Below are positions 9,017-17,666 of a stretch of 64,000 nucleotides of DNA, in pieces; the stretch's first letter is position 1, and every line of letters starts with the position of its first letter. The position numbers were made by a program, and so were the translations under genes. This DNA is from Dehalococcoidia bacterium (lineage in GTDB: Bacteria > Chloroflexota > Dehalococcoidia > Lucifugimonadales > Australimonadaceae): NCBI GenBank assembly GCA_965200975.1, contig OZ241740.1, positions 108,300 to 172,299 of the forward strand, given 5' to 3'. The notes under the pieces are model-generated. The model was not told where the DNA came from, did no database searches, and saw only the letters and a list, made by a program, of their open reading frames with translations.

Positions 9017-9900
9017 GCCGCCGGCCTCCGCATCGCCATCCGCACGGCGGTCGACGCCATCAGCTGCAACTTCCGCCCGGAGGAGACTTCGGGCCGGTGG
9101 CTCAGCACGTCGAAGTTCTGCTTGCGGATCGCCTCGAGCACGCTCAGCCCGCCGCGCGAGAAGAGGGTTATGTCGAATTTCATCCGTCCATCGAGCCGCT
9201 CTATGAGCCCGAGCCCTCGCTCGAACAGCTCCTGGGCGCGGTCGACCTCGAACGCCATCAGCCGGCGGAAGTTGTCGTTGACCACGCCGGCGGCAAGGTC
9301 ATCCTCCGAGTAGCCGAAGCGCTCCATATCCTCCAGCGGAAGGTAGATGCGGCCGATGTCGTAGTCGCGCTTCACGTCCTGCCAGAAGTTGGCCAGCTGA
9401 AGAGCCGTGCAGGTCGCGTCGGAGAGCAAGTGACTCTCCTCTTCGCGGCAACCAACGACGTAGAGCACCATGCGCCCCACCGTGTTTGCCGAGTGGTCGC
9501 AGTAGTAGAGGAGGTCGTCGTAGGTGGGAAACCGGCCCGACCCCTGGTCCATCCGGTTCGCCTCGATGAGCTTTCGGAAGGGAAGCTCCGGAATATCGAA
9601 CCGCTGTATGACGTCCTGCAGGGCGACGAGGATCGGATGCGACGGCTGCGCGCCGTTGCACGCCTCGCCCAGCGCCTCTTCCCATTCGTTGAGGAGAGCC
9701 ATGCGGTCGCCGGCGACCTCGTCGCCGAGATCGTCCGTGTAGCGGCAGAAGGAGTAGACGGCGTAAAGAGCAGGGCGGTAGACGGCGGGAAGCATCAACG
9801 ATCCCACGGTGAAGTTCTCGTAGTGGGTCTTCGCCAGGCGCTTGCAGAAGGCATAGGCTTCAGGCAGGCTTGGCGCCCTGTCGGGGTCCTTCACTGTCAT
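9013..9900 (-). CDS. hpnC: hydroxysqualene synthase (squalene/phytoene synthase family)
   Basis: 295 aa. HYENFTVGSLMLPAVYRPALYAVYSFCRYTDDLGDE matches the HpnC-type pattern (ENFxVxSxLLP). Confidence 0.75.
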   Translation of the reverse strand: MTVKDPDRAPSLPEAYAFCKRLAKTHYENFTVGSLMLPAVYRPALYAVYSFCRYTDDLGDEVAGDRMALLNEWEEALGEACNGAQPSHPILVALQDVIQRFDIPELPFRKLIEANRMDQGSGRFPTYDDLLYYCDHSANTVGRMVLYVVGCREEESHLLSDATCTALQLANFWQDVKRDYDIGRIYLPLEDMERFGYSEDDLAAGVVNDNFRRLMAFEVDRAQELFERGLGLIERLDGRMKFDITLFSRGGLSVLEAIRKQNFDVLSHRPEVSSGRKLQLMASTAVRMAMRRPAA

Positions 9901-9957
9901 CCTTTTCTCCTGTGCTTCATCCTGCCCCGGACGGCGGACGAAGAGCGGCGGTATGCC

Positions 9958-11004
9958 CTATTTGTCGCGGGTGATGAAGAAGTCGGCCAAAGCCTGAATG
10001 CGTTCACGCGCTCCGGGAGCAAGAGCGACGCCGTCCAGCGCGGACAGCGCGCCTGCAGCCTGATCTTCGGCGGTCTGTTGCACGCGGGCCTCGCCGTCGA
10101 GTTCAGCAAGCAGGCCGAGGACGCGCTCGATATCGTCGGGCGCCACCTCTTCGGCGGAGTAGGCGGCGCGGAGCCATTCGCGCTGTTCCGTGCTGGCCTT
10201 CTGGAAGAGATACACGATCGGCATGCTCTTCTTCTTGCGTCGAATGTCGGCGCCTACAGCCTTGCCGGTCGCCGCCGGGTCGCCCCAGATGCCGAGGAGA
10301 TCGTCGCGCACCTGGAAGGCGATGCCGAGCCGCCTGCCGCACGCCCCGAAGGCCTCCGCCGTCTGCGGGTCGCCGGTAGCCGCGAGCGCGCCGATGTACA
10401 TTGCGCAGTCCACCAGCGCGCCCGTCTTGCGCGAAATCATGTCGATGTACGCGTCGGTCGTAACGCCGTCGGAGTCCTCGAACGACATATCGAGGTACTG
10501 CCCCTCGACCATTTCGAGGTAGCGCGCCGTGAGGACGTCGGCGGCGGCGAGTACGGTGTGGGCAGGGAGGCCTGTCTCCGCCAGAGCGCGTATCGTCTGG
10601 CCGCCCGCCACGCGCATCGCGTTGCCTCCCGCGACGGCCTCGTGGACGCCGAACACCGTCCACGCTGTAGCTCGCCCTCGACGGGTCTCGTCCCTGTCCT
10701 GGATATCGTCGTGGATAAGCGAGAAGTTGTGAATGAGTTCGATGGCGGCGGCGGCGGGAAGGGCGCTGCGCCAGTCGCCCCCCGCGAATTCGCAGGAAGC
10801 GAGGACAAGCACAGCCCGCAGCCCCTTGCCTGCGCCCTCGTCCGCAGGGTTGCCATGGATGTCCTGCCACCCCAAGTGGTAGCGAAGGATGCCGAAGATG
10901 CCGGCGTCGCTTTCGCCGCCGGGCGACGCGCGCCGCATCTGCCGCTTGACGTCGGCAGAGTACCGGTCGACGAGCGAAGCGGAGATGCTTTCGGGGGAGA
11001 CCAT
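9958..11004 (-). CDS. polyprenyl diphosphate synthase, probably short-chain (FPP-type)
   Basis: First Asp-rich motif LIHDDIQDRDETRRG and second FQVRDDLLGIWGD. Phe at position -5 of the first motif suggests a short product (inference). Start taken at ATG 11004 (17 nt after the dxs stop) rather than 11064. Confidence 0.8.
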   Translation of the reverse strand: MVSPESISASLVDRYSADVKRQMRRASPGGESDAGIFGILRYHLGWQDIHGNPADEGAGKGLRAVLVLASCEFAGGDWRSALPAAAAIELIHNFSLIHDDIQDRDETRRGRATAWTVFGVHEAVAGGNAMRVAGGQTIRALAETGLPAHTVLAAADVLTARYLEMVEGQYLDMSFEDSDGVTTDAYIDMISRKTGALVDCAMYIGALAATGDPQTAEAFGACGRRLGIAFQVRDDLLGIWGDPAATGKAVGADIRRKKKSMPIVYLFQKASTEQREWLRAAYSAEEVAPDDIERVLGLLAELDGEARVQQTAEDQAAGALSALDGVALAPGARERIQALADFFITRDK

Positions 11005-11021
11005 CAGCCCAACCGTTTCTC

Positions 11022-12959
11022 TCACCCGGCGGACGCGAGTCCGGGCCCTTGCGTGTTGCGCCACGCCTTGACGGAGTCCTTGGAGCCGCCGGCGTCGGGG
11101 AAGAATGTGTCAAGCACCTGCTGGACTATCCCGTCGGCGTCGAGCCCCAGCTGGCGGCGCTGCGAGTCCGCCGTGCCCTGCTCGATGAACGCGTCCGGGA
11201 ACCCGATGCGGTGCACCGCGACGTCCCTCTCGCCGAGGTCGCTCAGCGCCTCGACCACCGCAGCGCCGAACCCTCCCGCCAGCACATTCTCCTCGACGGT
11301 AACAATCCGCCCTGTGCTCCGCGCGATGTCGAGCAGCAAGTCGGTGTCGAGCGGCTTCACGTAGATCGGGTTCACCACGCCGCAAGCGACGCCGTGCTCC
11401 TCCAGCTTGCCCGCGGCGGCGATCGCCGCTGCGACCGTCTTGCCAATCGCGAAGATGACGACGTCTTTCCCTTCCCGAACGACCCTTCCCTTCCCGATGG
11501 GCAGCTCGTGCAGTTTGGCGTCGAGCTCCGCGCCGGTCGCAGCGCCGCGCGGAATGCGGATGGCGAACGGCCCCGGGTGCATGTAGGCGGTATAGACGAG
11601 ATGCTGCAGTTCGTTCTCGTCGCCCGGCACAGCCACCACGGCGTTAGGAATACACCGCAGGTACGAGATGTCGAACGCGCCCTGGTGCGTCTTGCCGTCT
11701 TCGCCGACGATGCCGGCGCGGTCGGCGATGAGCTTCACCGGAAGGTCTTGCAAGCATACGTCGTGGACGATCTGGTCGAACGCTCGCTGCATAAACGTCG
11801 AGTAGATGGACACGAAAGGCTTCAGCCCATTCGACGCCATGCCGGCCGCCATACTGACGGCGTGCTGCTCCGCGATGCCGACGTCGAACACGCGCTGGGG
11901 AAACTCGCGGCGCACGGTCTCGAGTCCTGTGCCATGGAGCATCGCCGCCGAGATGCCGACGACGTGGGGGTCGTGGCGCATAATCGCTTGCATCGTGCGG
12001 GCGAACACTGCCGAGTAGGTCGGCGCGGACGCTCCGGACGAGCCAAGCGGCGAGCTGGGCTGGTGGAACGTAACCGGGTCGCTCTCGGCGGGATCGTAGC
12101 CGTGCCCCTTGTGGGTGACCACGTGCACCAGCGGCGTTACTCCCTTGACCGACTTGGCCTGCCGGAGCGTCTCCTCGAGCTGGGCGAGGTTGTGGCCGTC
12201 GACCGGGCCGAGGTAGCGGAACCCCATCTCGGTCCACAGCGTAGTGGGCACAATCATGCTGTCCAGCGCGCCGCCGAACCGCTTCACGAGCCCGTAGACC
12301 GTGTCGCCCTTAGGCGCGAGCGTCGCGATGTCTTGCACGCGGTCGACCAGGAACTGGTACTCCGGGCGCGCAATGATGCGCTTGCGCCAGTTGGTGAAGA
12401 ACCCGACGTTCTCCGATATCGACATGCCGTTGTCGTTCAGGACAACGATGAGCTTATCGGGGTTCAGATGAGCGATGTTGTTGAGGGCCTCGAAGCTCGA
12501 GCCCGACGTCATCGCTCCGTCGCCCACTACGCCGATAGTCCACGCGTTCTCCCGGCGGGTCGCGGCGCCCTCCGCGATCCCCAGGGCAATGGAGAGCCCG
12601 GTGCCCGCGTGGCCTGCGGCCATCGTGTCGTGCGGGCTCTCCATTGGGTCTCCGAACCCGGAGAGGCCGCCCTCGAGGCGTATCTTCTCAAACTCGTCGC
12701 GCCGCCCGGTAACCATCTTGTGCGTGTAGCACTGGTTGGTCGTGTCCCAGACAATGCGGTCTACGGGGCTGTCGAATACGCGGTGCAAGGCCAGCGTCAG
12801 CTCCACCACGCCGAGGTTCGACGCCAAGTGCCCGCCCCGTTCGGTTATCACGGAGATGATGGTCTCCCGGACTTCCTGGGCAACCTGGTCTGTCTCTTCC
12901 AGCGTAAGCGCCTTCAAGTCGCTCGGCGAATCGATGTGGTTAAGTAGTCGCACTGCCAT
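11022..12959 (-). CDS. dxs: 1-deoxy-D-xylulose-5-phosphate synthase
   Basis: 645 aa from ATG 12959 (SD GGAGAG). ThDP motif GVVGDGAMTSGSSFEALNN; DRAGIVGEDGKTHQGAFD. The ORF track extends it to 13019. Confidence 0.92.
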   Translation of the reverse strand: MAVRLLNHIDSPSDLKALTLEETDQVAQEVRETIISVITERGGHLASNLGVVELTLALHRVFDSPVDRIVWDTTNQCYTHKMVTGRRDEFEKIRLEGGLSGFGDPMESPHDTMAAGHAGTGLSIALGIAEGAATRRENAWTIGVVGDGAMTSGSSFEALNNIAHLNPDKLIVVLNDNGMSISENVGFFTNWRKRIIARPEYQFLVDRVQDIATLAPKGDTVYGLVKRFGGALDSMIVPTTLWTEMGFRYLGPVDGHNLAQLEETLRQAKSVKGVTPLVHVVTHKGHGYDPAESDPVTFHQPSSPLGSSGASAPTYSAVFARTMQAIMRHDPHVVGISAAMLHGTGLETVRREFPQRVFDVGIAEQHAVSMAAGMASNGLKPFVSIYSTFMQRAFDQIVHDVCLQDLPVKLIADRAGIVGEDGKTHQGAFDISYLRCIPNAVVAVPGDENELQHLVYTAYMHPGPFAIRIPRGAATGAELDAKLHELPIGKGRVVREGKDVVIFAIGKTVAAAIAAAGKLEEHGVACGVVNPIYVKPLDTDLLLDIARSTGRIVTVEENVLAGGFGAAVVEALSDLGERDVAVHRIGFPDAFIEQGTADSQRRQLGLDADGIVQQVLDTFFPDAGGSKDSVKAWRNTQGPGLASAG

Positions 12960-13070
12960 TGTTAACTCTCCTGGGGAGCAGAGAATCGGTTTTTCCGCAG
13001 ACTGTGCCGGAAACTTCACTCTGCATCGGTCTACGCTTCCGCCGGTTCACTCCTAGCATCCTCGCAGGCT

Positions 13071-13076
13071 AGTATA
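13071..13076 (-). promoter_or_regulatory. -10-like hexamer TATACT (AGCTATACT) upstream of dxs
   Basis: Lies in a locally lower-GC 200-nt gap and would give a 5' UTR of about 105 nt. No good -35 element. Confidence 0.3.
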
Positions 13077-13160
13077 GCTGCTACATTGTCTGTCTGCTAC
13101 TTTCAACCCCCATCCAATTGCCCCGTCAACCTTACGCCTGAATTTCGCCGACGAAGGCTG

Positions 13161-13799
13161 CTAAAATCCCTGACGGCCCTCGAACGCTTTCTTGAGCGTA
13201 AGGCTGTCGGCGTACTCCAGATCGCCCCCTGCGGGAAGCCCTCGCGCAAGGCGCGTTATAGGGGCGCCGAGCGCTCCCGCCGCCTGATGAAGGTACATCG
13301 CCGTGAGTTCGCCCTCGACCGTGGCGTTCGTCGCCACCACAATCTCTTCGATAGGCTCGTTGGCGACTCGCGCAAGGAGTTCGCGCACCCGCAAGCGCTC
13401 CGGCCCGACGCCATTCATCGGGTCGAGCACTCCGTGAAGCACGTGGTACAGTCCCCTGAACGCTTCCGTTCGCTCAATTGCGAGCACGTCGAGCGGCTCC
13501 TGCACAACGCACAGGCGCGATTGGTCGCGCGAAGGGTCGGCGCAGATCCCGCACGGGTCCGACTCGGTAATGTTCTGGCAGCGCGAGCAGAAGACGATGC
13601 GCTCCTTGACCGAGCCGATGGCGTCGGCGAGGTCGTGCGCCTCTCTGGCCGGCATACGGATAACGTAGTAGGCGAGGCGCTGCGCCGTCTTTGGGCCGAT
13701 TCCCGGCAGCTTGTGCAGTTGCTCGATGAGCCTCGCTACCGGCGGCGCGAGCGACGGATGCAGCGCGTCGGGGAATCCTGGTGTTTCCGGCGGCGACAT
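13161..13799 (-). CDS. recR: recombination protein RecR
   Basis: 212 aa from ATG 13799. HhH motif LPGIGPKTAQRLA, C4 zinc finger CSRCQNITESDPCGIC, Toprim region. The ORF-track entry 13161..14531 is an upstream read-through. Confidence 0.93.
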   Translation of the reverse strand: MSPPETPGFPDALHPSLAPPVARLIEQLHKLPGIGPKTAQRLAYYVIRMPAREAHDLADAIGSVKERIVFCSRCQNITESDPCGICADPSRDQSRLCVVQEPLDVLAIERTEAFRGLYHVLHGVLDPMNGVGPERLRVRELLARVANEPIEEIVVATNATVEGELTAMYLHQAAGALGAPITRLARGLPAGGDLEYADSLTLKKAFEGRQGF

Positions 13800-13807
13800 G
13801 GCCCGCG

Positions 13808-14110
13808 CTACATTCCCGGAATTTTGAGGCCGCCCGTAATCGCGCCGAGCCGCGTTGCAGCCAGCTCCTGCGATTTCGCGAGCGCCTCGTTCACCGCCGC
13901 CAGCACCATGTCTTGCAGTATCTCTACGTCTTCGGGGTCGACTGCCGCAGGGTCGATGGTCACCGCGGCGAGCGTCTGCTTGCCCGTCGCCACGACTTTC
14001 ACCGCGCCGCCCCCGGCCGACGCCTCGACGCGCTCGTCCTCCAGCGCTTCCTGGGCCTTGGCGAGCCGGGCCTGCAGCTGCTGGGCTTGCTTGATCATAT
14101 TCCTGTTCAT
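13808..14110 (-). CDS. ybaB: YbaB/EbfC family nucleoid-associated protein
   Basis: 100 aa. MIKQAQQLQARLAKAQEAL... followed by VTIDPAAVDPEDVEILQDMVLAAVNEA. Canonical position between dnaX and recR. Confidence 0.9.
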   Translation of the reverse strand: MNRNMIKQAQQLQARLAKAQEALEDERVEASAGGGAVKVVATGKQTLAAVTIDPAAVDPEDVEILQDMVLAAVNEALAKSQELAATRLGAITGGLKIPGM

Positions 14111-14116
14111 TCTGCG

Positions 14117-15820
14117 TCACTCCTCTTGCGGCGCGCCGGCGGCGAGCTCCGGGCGCGTCGCTTTGTAGGGCGTCCCGTCCAAAGGAGCAGCCTCGCTCTC
14201 CGAAACCACTTCGCCTCCGAGCGACTTGGCTACTTCGACGAGATGCCCCGCCGGAGGCGCTCCATTCGCCGGCCCTGCGCTCCCTTCGCGGGCGCTCTCG
14301 ATGCGCACGGTAAGGCTCTCGCCTAACGCTTGCTTGAGCACGCTCTCCACCTCGGCCTTGCAACGCGGGTCCTCCAGCTCCGACTGCAATCGTTCGCTGT
14401 TCGAGTGGTGCGCGAACACGACGACCAGCGTCGAGCCGTCGACCATGCGCGTCGCCGAGCTCCGCAGAAGCGCCGCAACATCGAACTTGCGCCTGGGGAC
14501 GCTCGCAAGCGCCTTCAGGATGGCGGGCCACTGCGCGTCGAGCCGTTGCTGCAACGGCGCCGCCGGGTCGAACGGCGGCGGAGAAGCAGGAGGCGCCGCT
14601 TGCTCGGGCCGCCTCTCCTGCTGGGGCGCATACTGGGGACGAGGCTGGGAGGCGGGAGGGCGCGCCGCAGCAGCCTGCCGCTCCGAGGGCCGCTGCTGTG
14701 AAGGCTGCGGAACCGGAACAGGCGCGGGCGCGGCCTGCTGCGGCGCCAGCGCAAGCTCCACCGCGGCAAGCTCCAGCGGCAGCGGCGACGGCTGGTCGAA
14801 CCGCAGCGACGCCTGCCCGAACAGCCGGAGCGCCCGCATAATCCGTTCGATATCGACCTCCTCAACGGAAGCGGCAAGCTGCATCCGGGCGTCGTTGGGA
14901 ATGTCCAGCGCGTCCGTAACTCCGCTCTTGATGAGGAGGGCGGCGCGCAGATAGTCCACCGTCATTCGGTGCAGCGGACGCAAGTCGAGGCCCTCGCGAG
15001 CGACGCCGTTGATAACCTCCAGCGCCTCGGAAGTCCGGCCTGCAAGCAGGCGCTGCACGAGGGAGAGCGCCTGCTCCTCGCCTCCTGCGCCAAGCATCTC
15101 GCGGGCCTGCTCGGCGGTGAGTTGGCCTCCGAACGACGTGATGAGCTGGTCCAGCAGGTTCGTCGCGTCTCGCAGGCTCCCTCCCGCCGTCCGGGCTATC
15201 AGTTGGAGCGCCTCCGGCGACGCGTCAACTCCTTCCTCCTGCGCAATGCCGGTCAGCCGCTCGACGATGTCCGACAGCGCGATGCGGTGGAAGTCGAACC
15301 GCTGACACCGCGAGACGATCGTCGCCGGCAGCCGGTGCGGCTCCGTCGTCGCCAGGACGAACACCGTATAGGGAGGAGGCTCCTCGAGCGTTTTCAGGAA
15401 CGCGTTGAAGGCGTCGTTGGTGAGCGCGTGCGCCTCGTCGATGATGTACACCTTGCGCTTCCCCACCGTGGGGGCGAACCGCACTTTCTCGCGCAAGTCC
15501 CGCATCTCGTCGATGCCTCGATTGCTGGCCGCGTCGATCTCTATCAGGTCGACAAAGCTGCCGTTCTCGATTGCGCGGCAGTTGTCGCACAGCCCGCACG
15601 GGTCGCCAACGCGGGGAGGGCGCATCGTGCAGTTCAGCGATTTGGCGAGCACGCGGGCCGTGCTCGTCTTCCCCGTTCCGCGCGGCCCGCACAACAGATA
15701 CGCATGCGACACCCGGTCGCTCGCAACGGCCTGTGTGAGCGTTTGGGTGACGGGCCCCTGCCCCACGATGTCGGCGAACCTCGGCGGCCGCCATTTCCGG
15801 TACAGCGCAGCGCCGCTCAC
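14117..15820 (-). CDS. dnaX: DNA polymerase III subunit gamma/tau
   Basis: 567 aa. Walker A GPRGTGKTS, DEAH-like IIDEAHAL, Zn module CGLCDNCRAI, Pro/Gln-rich linker. Confidence 0.92.
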   Translation of the reverse strand: MSGAALYRKWRPPRFADIVGQGPVTQTLTQAVASDRVSHAYLLCGPRGTGKTSTARVLAKSLNCTMRPPRVGDPCGLCDNCRAIENGSFVDLIEIDAASNRGIDEMRDLREKVRFAPTVGKRKVYIIDEAHALTNDAFNAFLKTLEEPPPYTVFVLATTEPHRLPATIVSRCQRFDFHRIALSDIVERLTGIAQEEGVDASPEALQLIARTAGGSLRDATNLLDQLITSFGGQLTAEQAREMLGAGGEEQALSLVQRLLAGRTSEALEVINGVAREGLDLRPLHRMTVDYLRAALLIKSGVTDALDIPNDARMQLAASVEEVDIERIMRALRLFGQASLRFDQPSPLPLELAAVELALAPQQAAPAPVPVPQPSQQRPSERQAAAARPPASQPRPQYAPQQERRPEQAAPPASPPPFDPAAPLQQRLDAQWPAILKALASVPRRKFDVAALLRSSATRMVDGSTLVVVFAHHSNSERLQSELEDPRCKAEVESVLKQALGESLTVRIESAREGSAGPANGAPPAGHLVEVAKSLGGEVVSESEAAPLDGTPYKATRPELAAGAPQEE

Positions 15821-16431
15821 TTCGACGCCCCCCTTGCCTTATGCGCCTTATCCACAAGGTCAGCCATTGCGCTCGCCCCTTCCGTCCCCTCCGGCAGGAA
15901 CTGCGCCGCGACCGGCTTCGGCGCCGGCCTCGCTCCTGAACGGCGGCGGAGCGCAGCGGCGAGAGCTTCCACCTCGAGCGCCTTCATCGCCGCCTCGTCC
16001 TCCGGCGCAGCGTGATCGTACCCCAGCAGATGCAGCACGCCATGCGCCACAAGCAGGGCGACCTCCTCCTCGACCTGTACATTGTGCTCGCCCGCCTGAC
16101 GCGCCGCCAAGGGGTACGACACCACTACCTCGCCGAGGCTCGGCGCCTCGCCCGGCGCTTCAGGAAACGCCGGGACTGATTCGTCAGCCGGCGCGTCGCG
16201 CTCGCCGAACGAGAGCACGTCGGTAACCTCGTCGAATCCGCGGAAGCGGCTGTTCAGGTCGCGCAGCGTCTCGTCATCGGCGACGACGACGCTCACCGGC
16301 GCCCCGCCTGCAGGGTCGGCGACGGCGAGGGCGGCTGCAGCGGCGCGCCCCACGTCGGCCGTCTTCGCCAGACCGCGGAAGGCGGGGAACACCTGCACAT
16401 CGATCCGCCGTTTGTTTGCTCGCGTACTCAT
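15817..16431 (-). CDS. ybeY: rRNA maturation endoribonuclease YbeY, with a C-terminal extension of about 55 aa
   Basis: Metal motif HGVLHLLGYDH. Start at ATG 16431 (MSTRANKRRIDVQV). The stop overlaps the dnaX start by 4 nt (ATGA). Confidence 0.85.
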   Translation of the reverse strand: MSTRANKRRIDVQVFPAFRGLAKTADVGRAAAAALAVADPAGGAPVSVVVADDETLRDLNSRFRGFDEVTDVLSFGERDAPADESVPAFPEAPGEAPSLGEVVVSYPLAARQAGEHNVQVEEEVALLVAHGVLHLLGYDHAAPEDEAAMKALEVEALAAALRRRSGARPAPKPVAAQFLPEGTEGASAMADLVDKAHKARGASK

Positions 16432-16570
16432 GGGGAAACTGCCGCTCCGCGCATCGGCGCGGCGCGGGCCGGATGGTAGCACAGGCCCTTAGCGCCCTCC
16501 GCCGCTCGGGGGCTTGCATCCTCCGGAGGAGCGCACGGCGCACGGGCGGAGCGGGACAGGATCGAGCCTC

Positions 16571-17356
16571 CTACGGCGCGTCGTAGTCGTCGGGCAGGCC
16601 GTAGCCGCTTACTTGCAGGAGTTTCAGATAGTGGTTCCACGCGAAGTTCTCCGCGCCGGAGATCCGCTCGCGCCAGCCGCCGGCCTGCCGGGGCGCTCCG
16701 GGGCCGTACCTTCCCATATCCTCGTCCGAGAGCAGCACCGGCTCCCGGCCCGAAAGCGCAATCTCCCACATAATGCGCGACAACCGGTCGAACCGGATTG
16801 CGAGGGCCGTCGCCTGCTCCACCGTAGGCGCATGCACGCTTATGCCGTGGCCGCGCATCAGCACTACGTCCCGTTCTCCCATGCAGGCCAGCATCTCAGC
16901 CGCCTGCCGCTTGTCGGTCACCGTCGCCGCTCGCGGGTACACCGGCACTCCCTTCGTCGCTATGCTGAGCGACTGGGGATCGTAGCCCGCGAACACCGGC
17001 TTGTACTCGATGGCCGTAACGCCGCAGAGCAGGGCGTACCACGGGTGCGCGTGCACCACAGCGCCCGCCTCGGGCTTGGCGCGGTATATCTCTCCGTGGA
17101 TAGGCGTTTCGTTGGGCGACGCATGCTCCGGCCCCACATGCGAGCCCTCGCCGTCGAAATCAGCCCGGCGGATGTTGTGCACGCCGGTGAACGCTATCCC
17201 CTCCTCGCGCCCTCCCCGGCAGCGGATGTACATTTCGTCCGTTCCCGGCAGCCGCGCGCTCACGTGTCCGGTCGATTCGTTTACGAGCCCAAGCATGCCC
17301 AGAATCCGGCAAGAGACGGCAACCTTCCAGCGCAGCTCATCGTTTGCGTCAACCAT
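16571..17356 (-). CDS. class II aldolase/adducin-family protein
   Basis: 261 aa from ATG 17356 (SD GGGAGG). ESTGHVSARLP, AVVHAHP and LMRGHGISV motifs. The ORF track extends to 17743. Confidence 0.8.
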   Translation of the reverse strand: MVDANDELRWKVAVSCRILGMLGLVNESTGHVSARLPGTDEMYIRCRGGREEGIAFTGVHNIRRADFDGEGSHVGPEHASPNETPIHGEIYRAKPEAGAVVHAHPWYALLCGVTAIEYKPVFAGYDPQSLSIATKGVPVYPRAATVTDKRQAAEMLACMGERDVVLMRGHGISVHAPTVEQATALAIRFDRLSRIMWEIALSGREPVLLSDEDMGRYGPGAPRQAGGWRERISGAENFAWNHYLKLLQVSGYGLPDDYDAP

Positions 17357-17528
17357 CACAACCTCCCTATGGCCCCGTGCGGACGTTCGGCGCGCCGCCA
17401 CGATACCGCAAGCCCGCCCCTCGCCCCAACTTGTTCCCCGGCGAACCCTTTGGCCCGCGTAGCTGTTCAGGCTCGATAGCTCTGAACGTCCGCCGCTGCT
17501 GCGCGTCAACCGAACAGTTTCCCGCGCG

Positions 17529-17557
17529 TTGACATGCTTGCAGGCCGGTGGTAGTTT
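17529..17557 (+). promoter_or_regulatory. sigma-70-type promoter TTGACA-N17-TAGTTT for the ABC ATPase gene
   Basis: -35 TTGACA at 17529-17534 and -10 TAGTTT at 17552-17557. About 105-nt leader before ATG 17667. Confidence 0.5.
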
Positions 17558-17666
17558 CGACTCACCCTCCGAGACTCTCCGAGGGCAGCGTCCCGCGTCT
17601 CCCCATGGCGCGGCGGAAGACTGTGGAGCGCGCAACATGCGCGGCTCCCGAGGAGGACGCACCAGT

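Noticed and set aside
9010-11364. 784-aa ORF on the plus strand
   Set aside because: It lies antisense to hpnC, the prenyl synthase and dxs, all of which have clear family motifs. Long antisense ORFs arise from stop-codon scarcity in high-GC DNA. No motif recognised.
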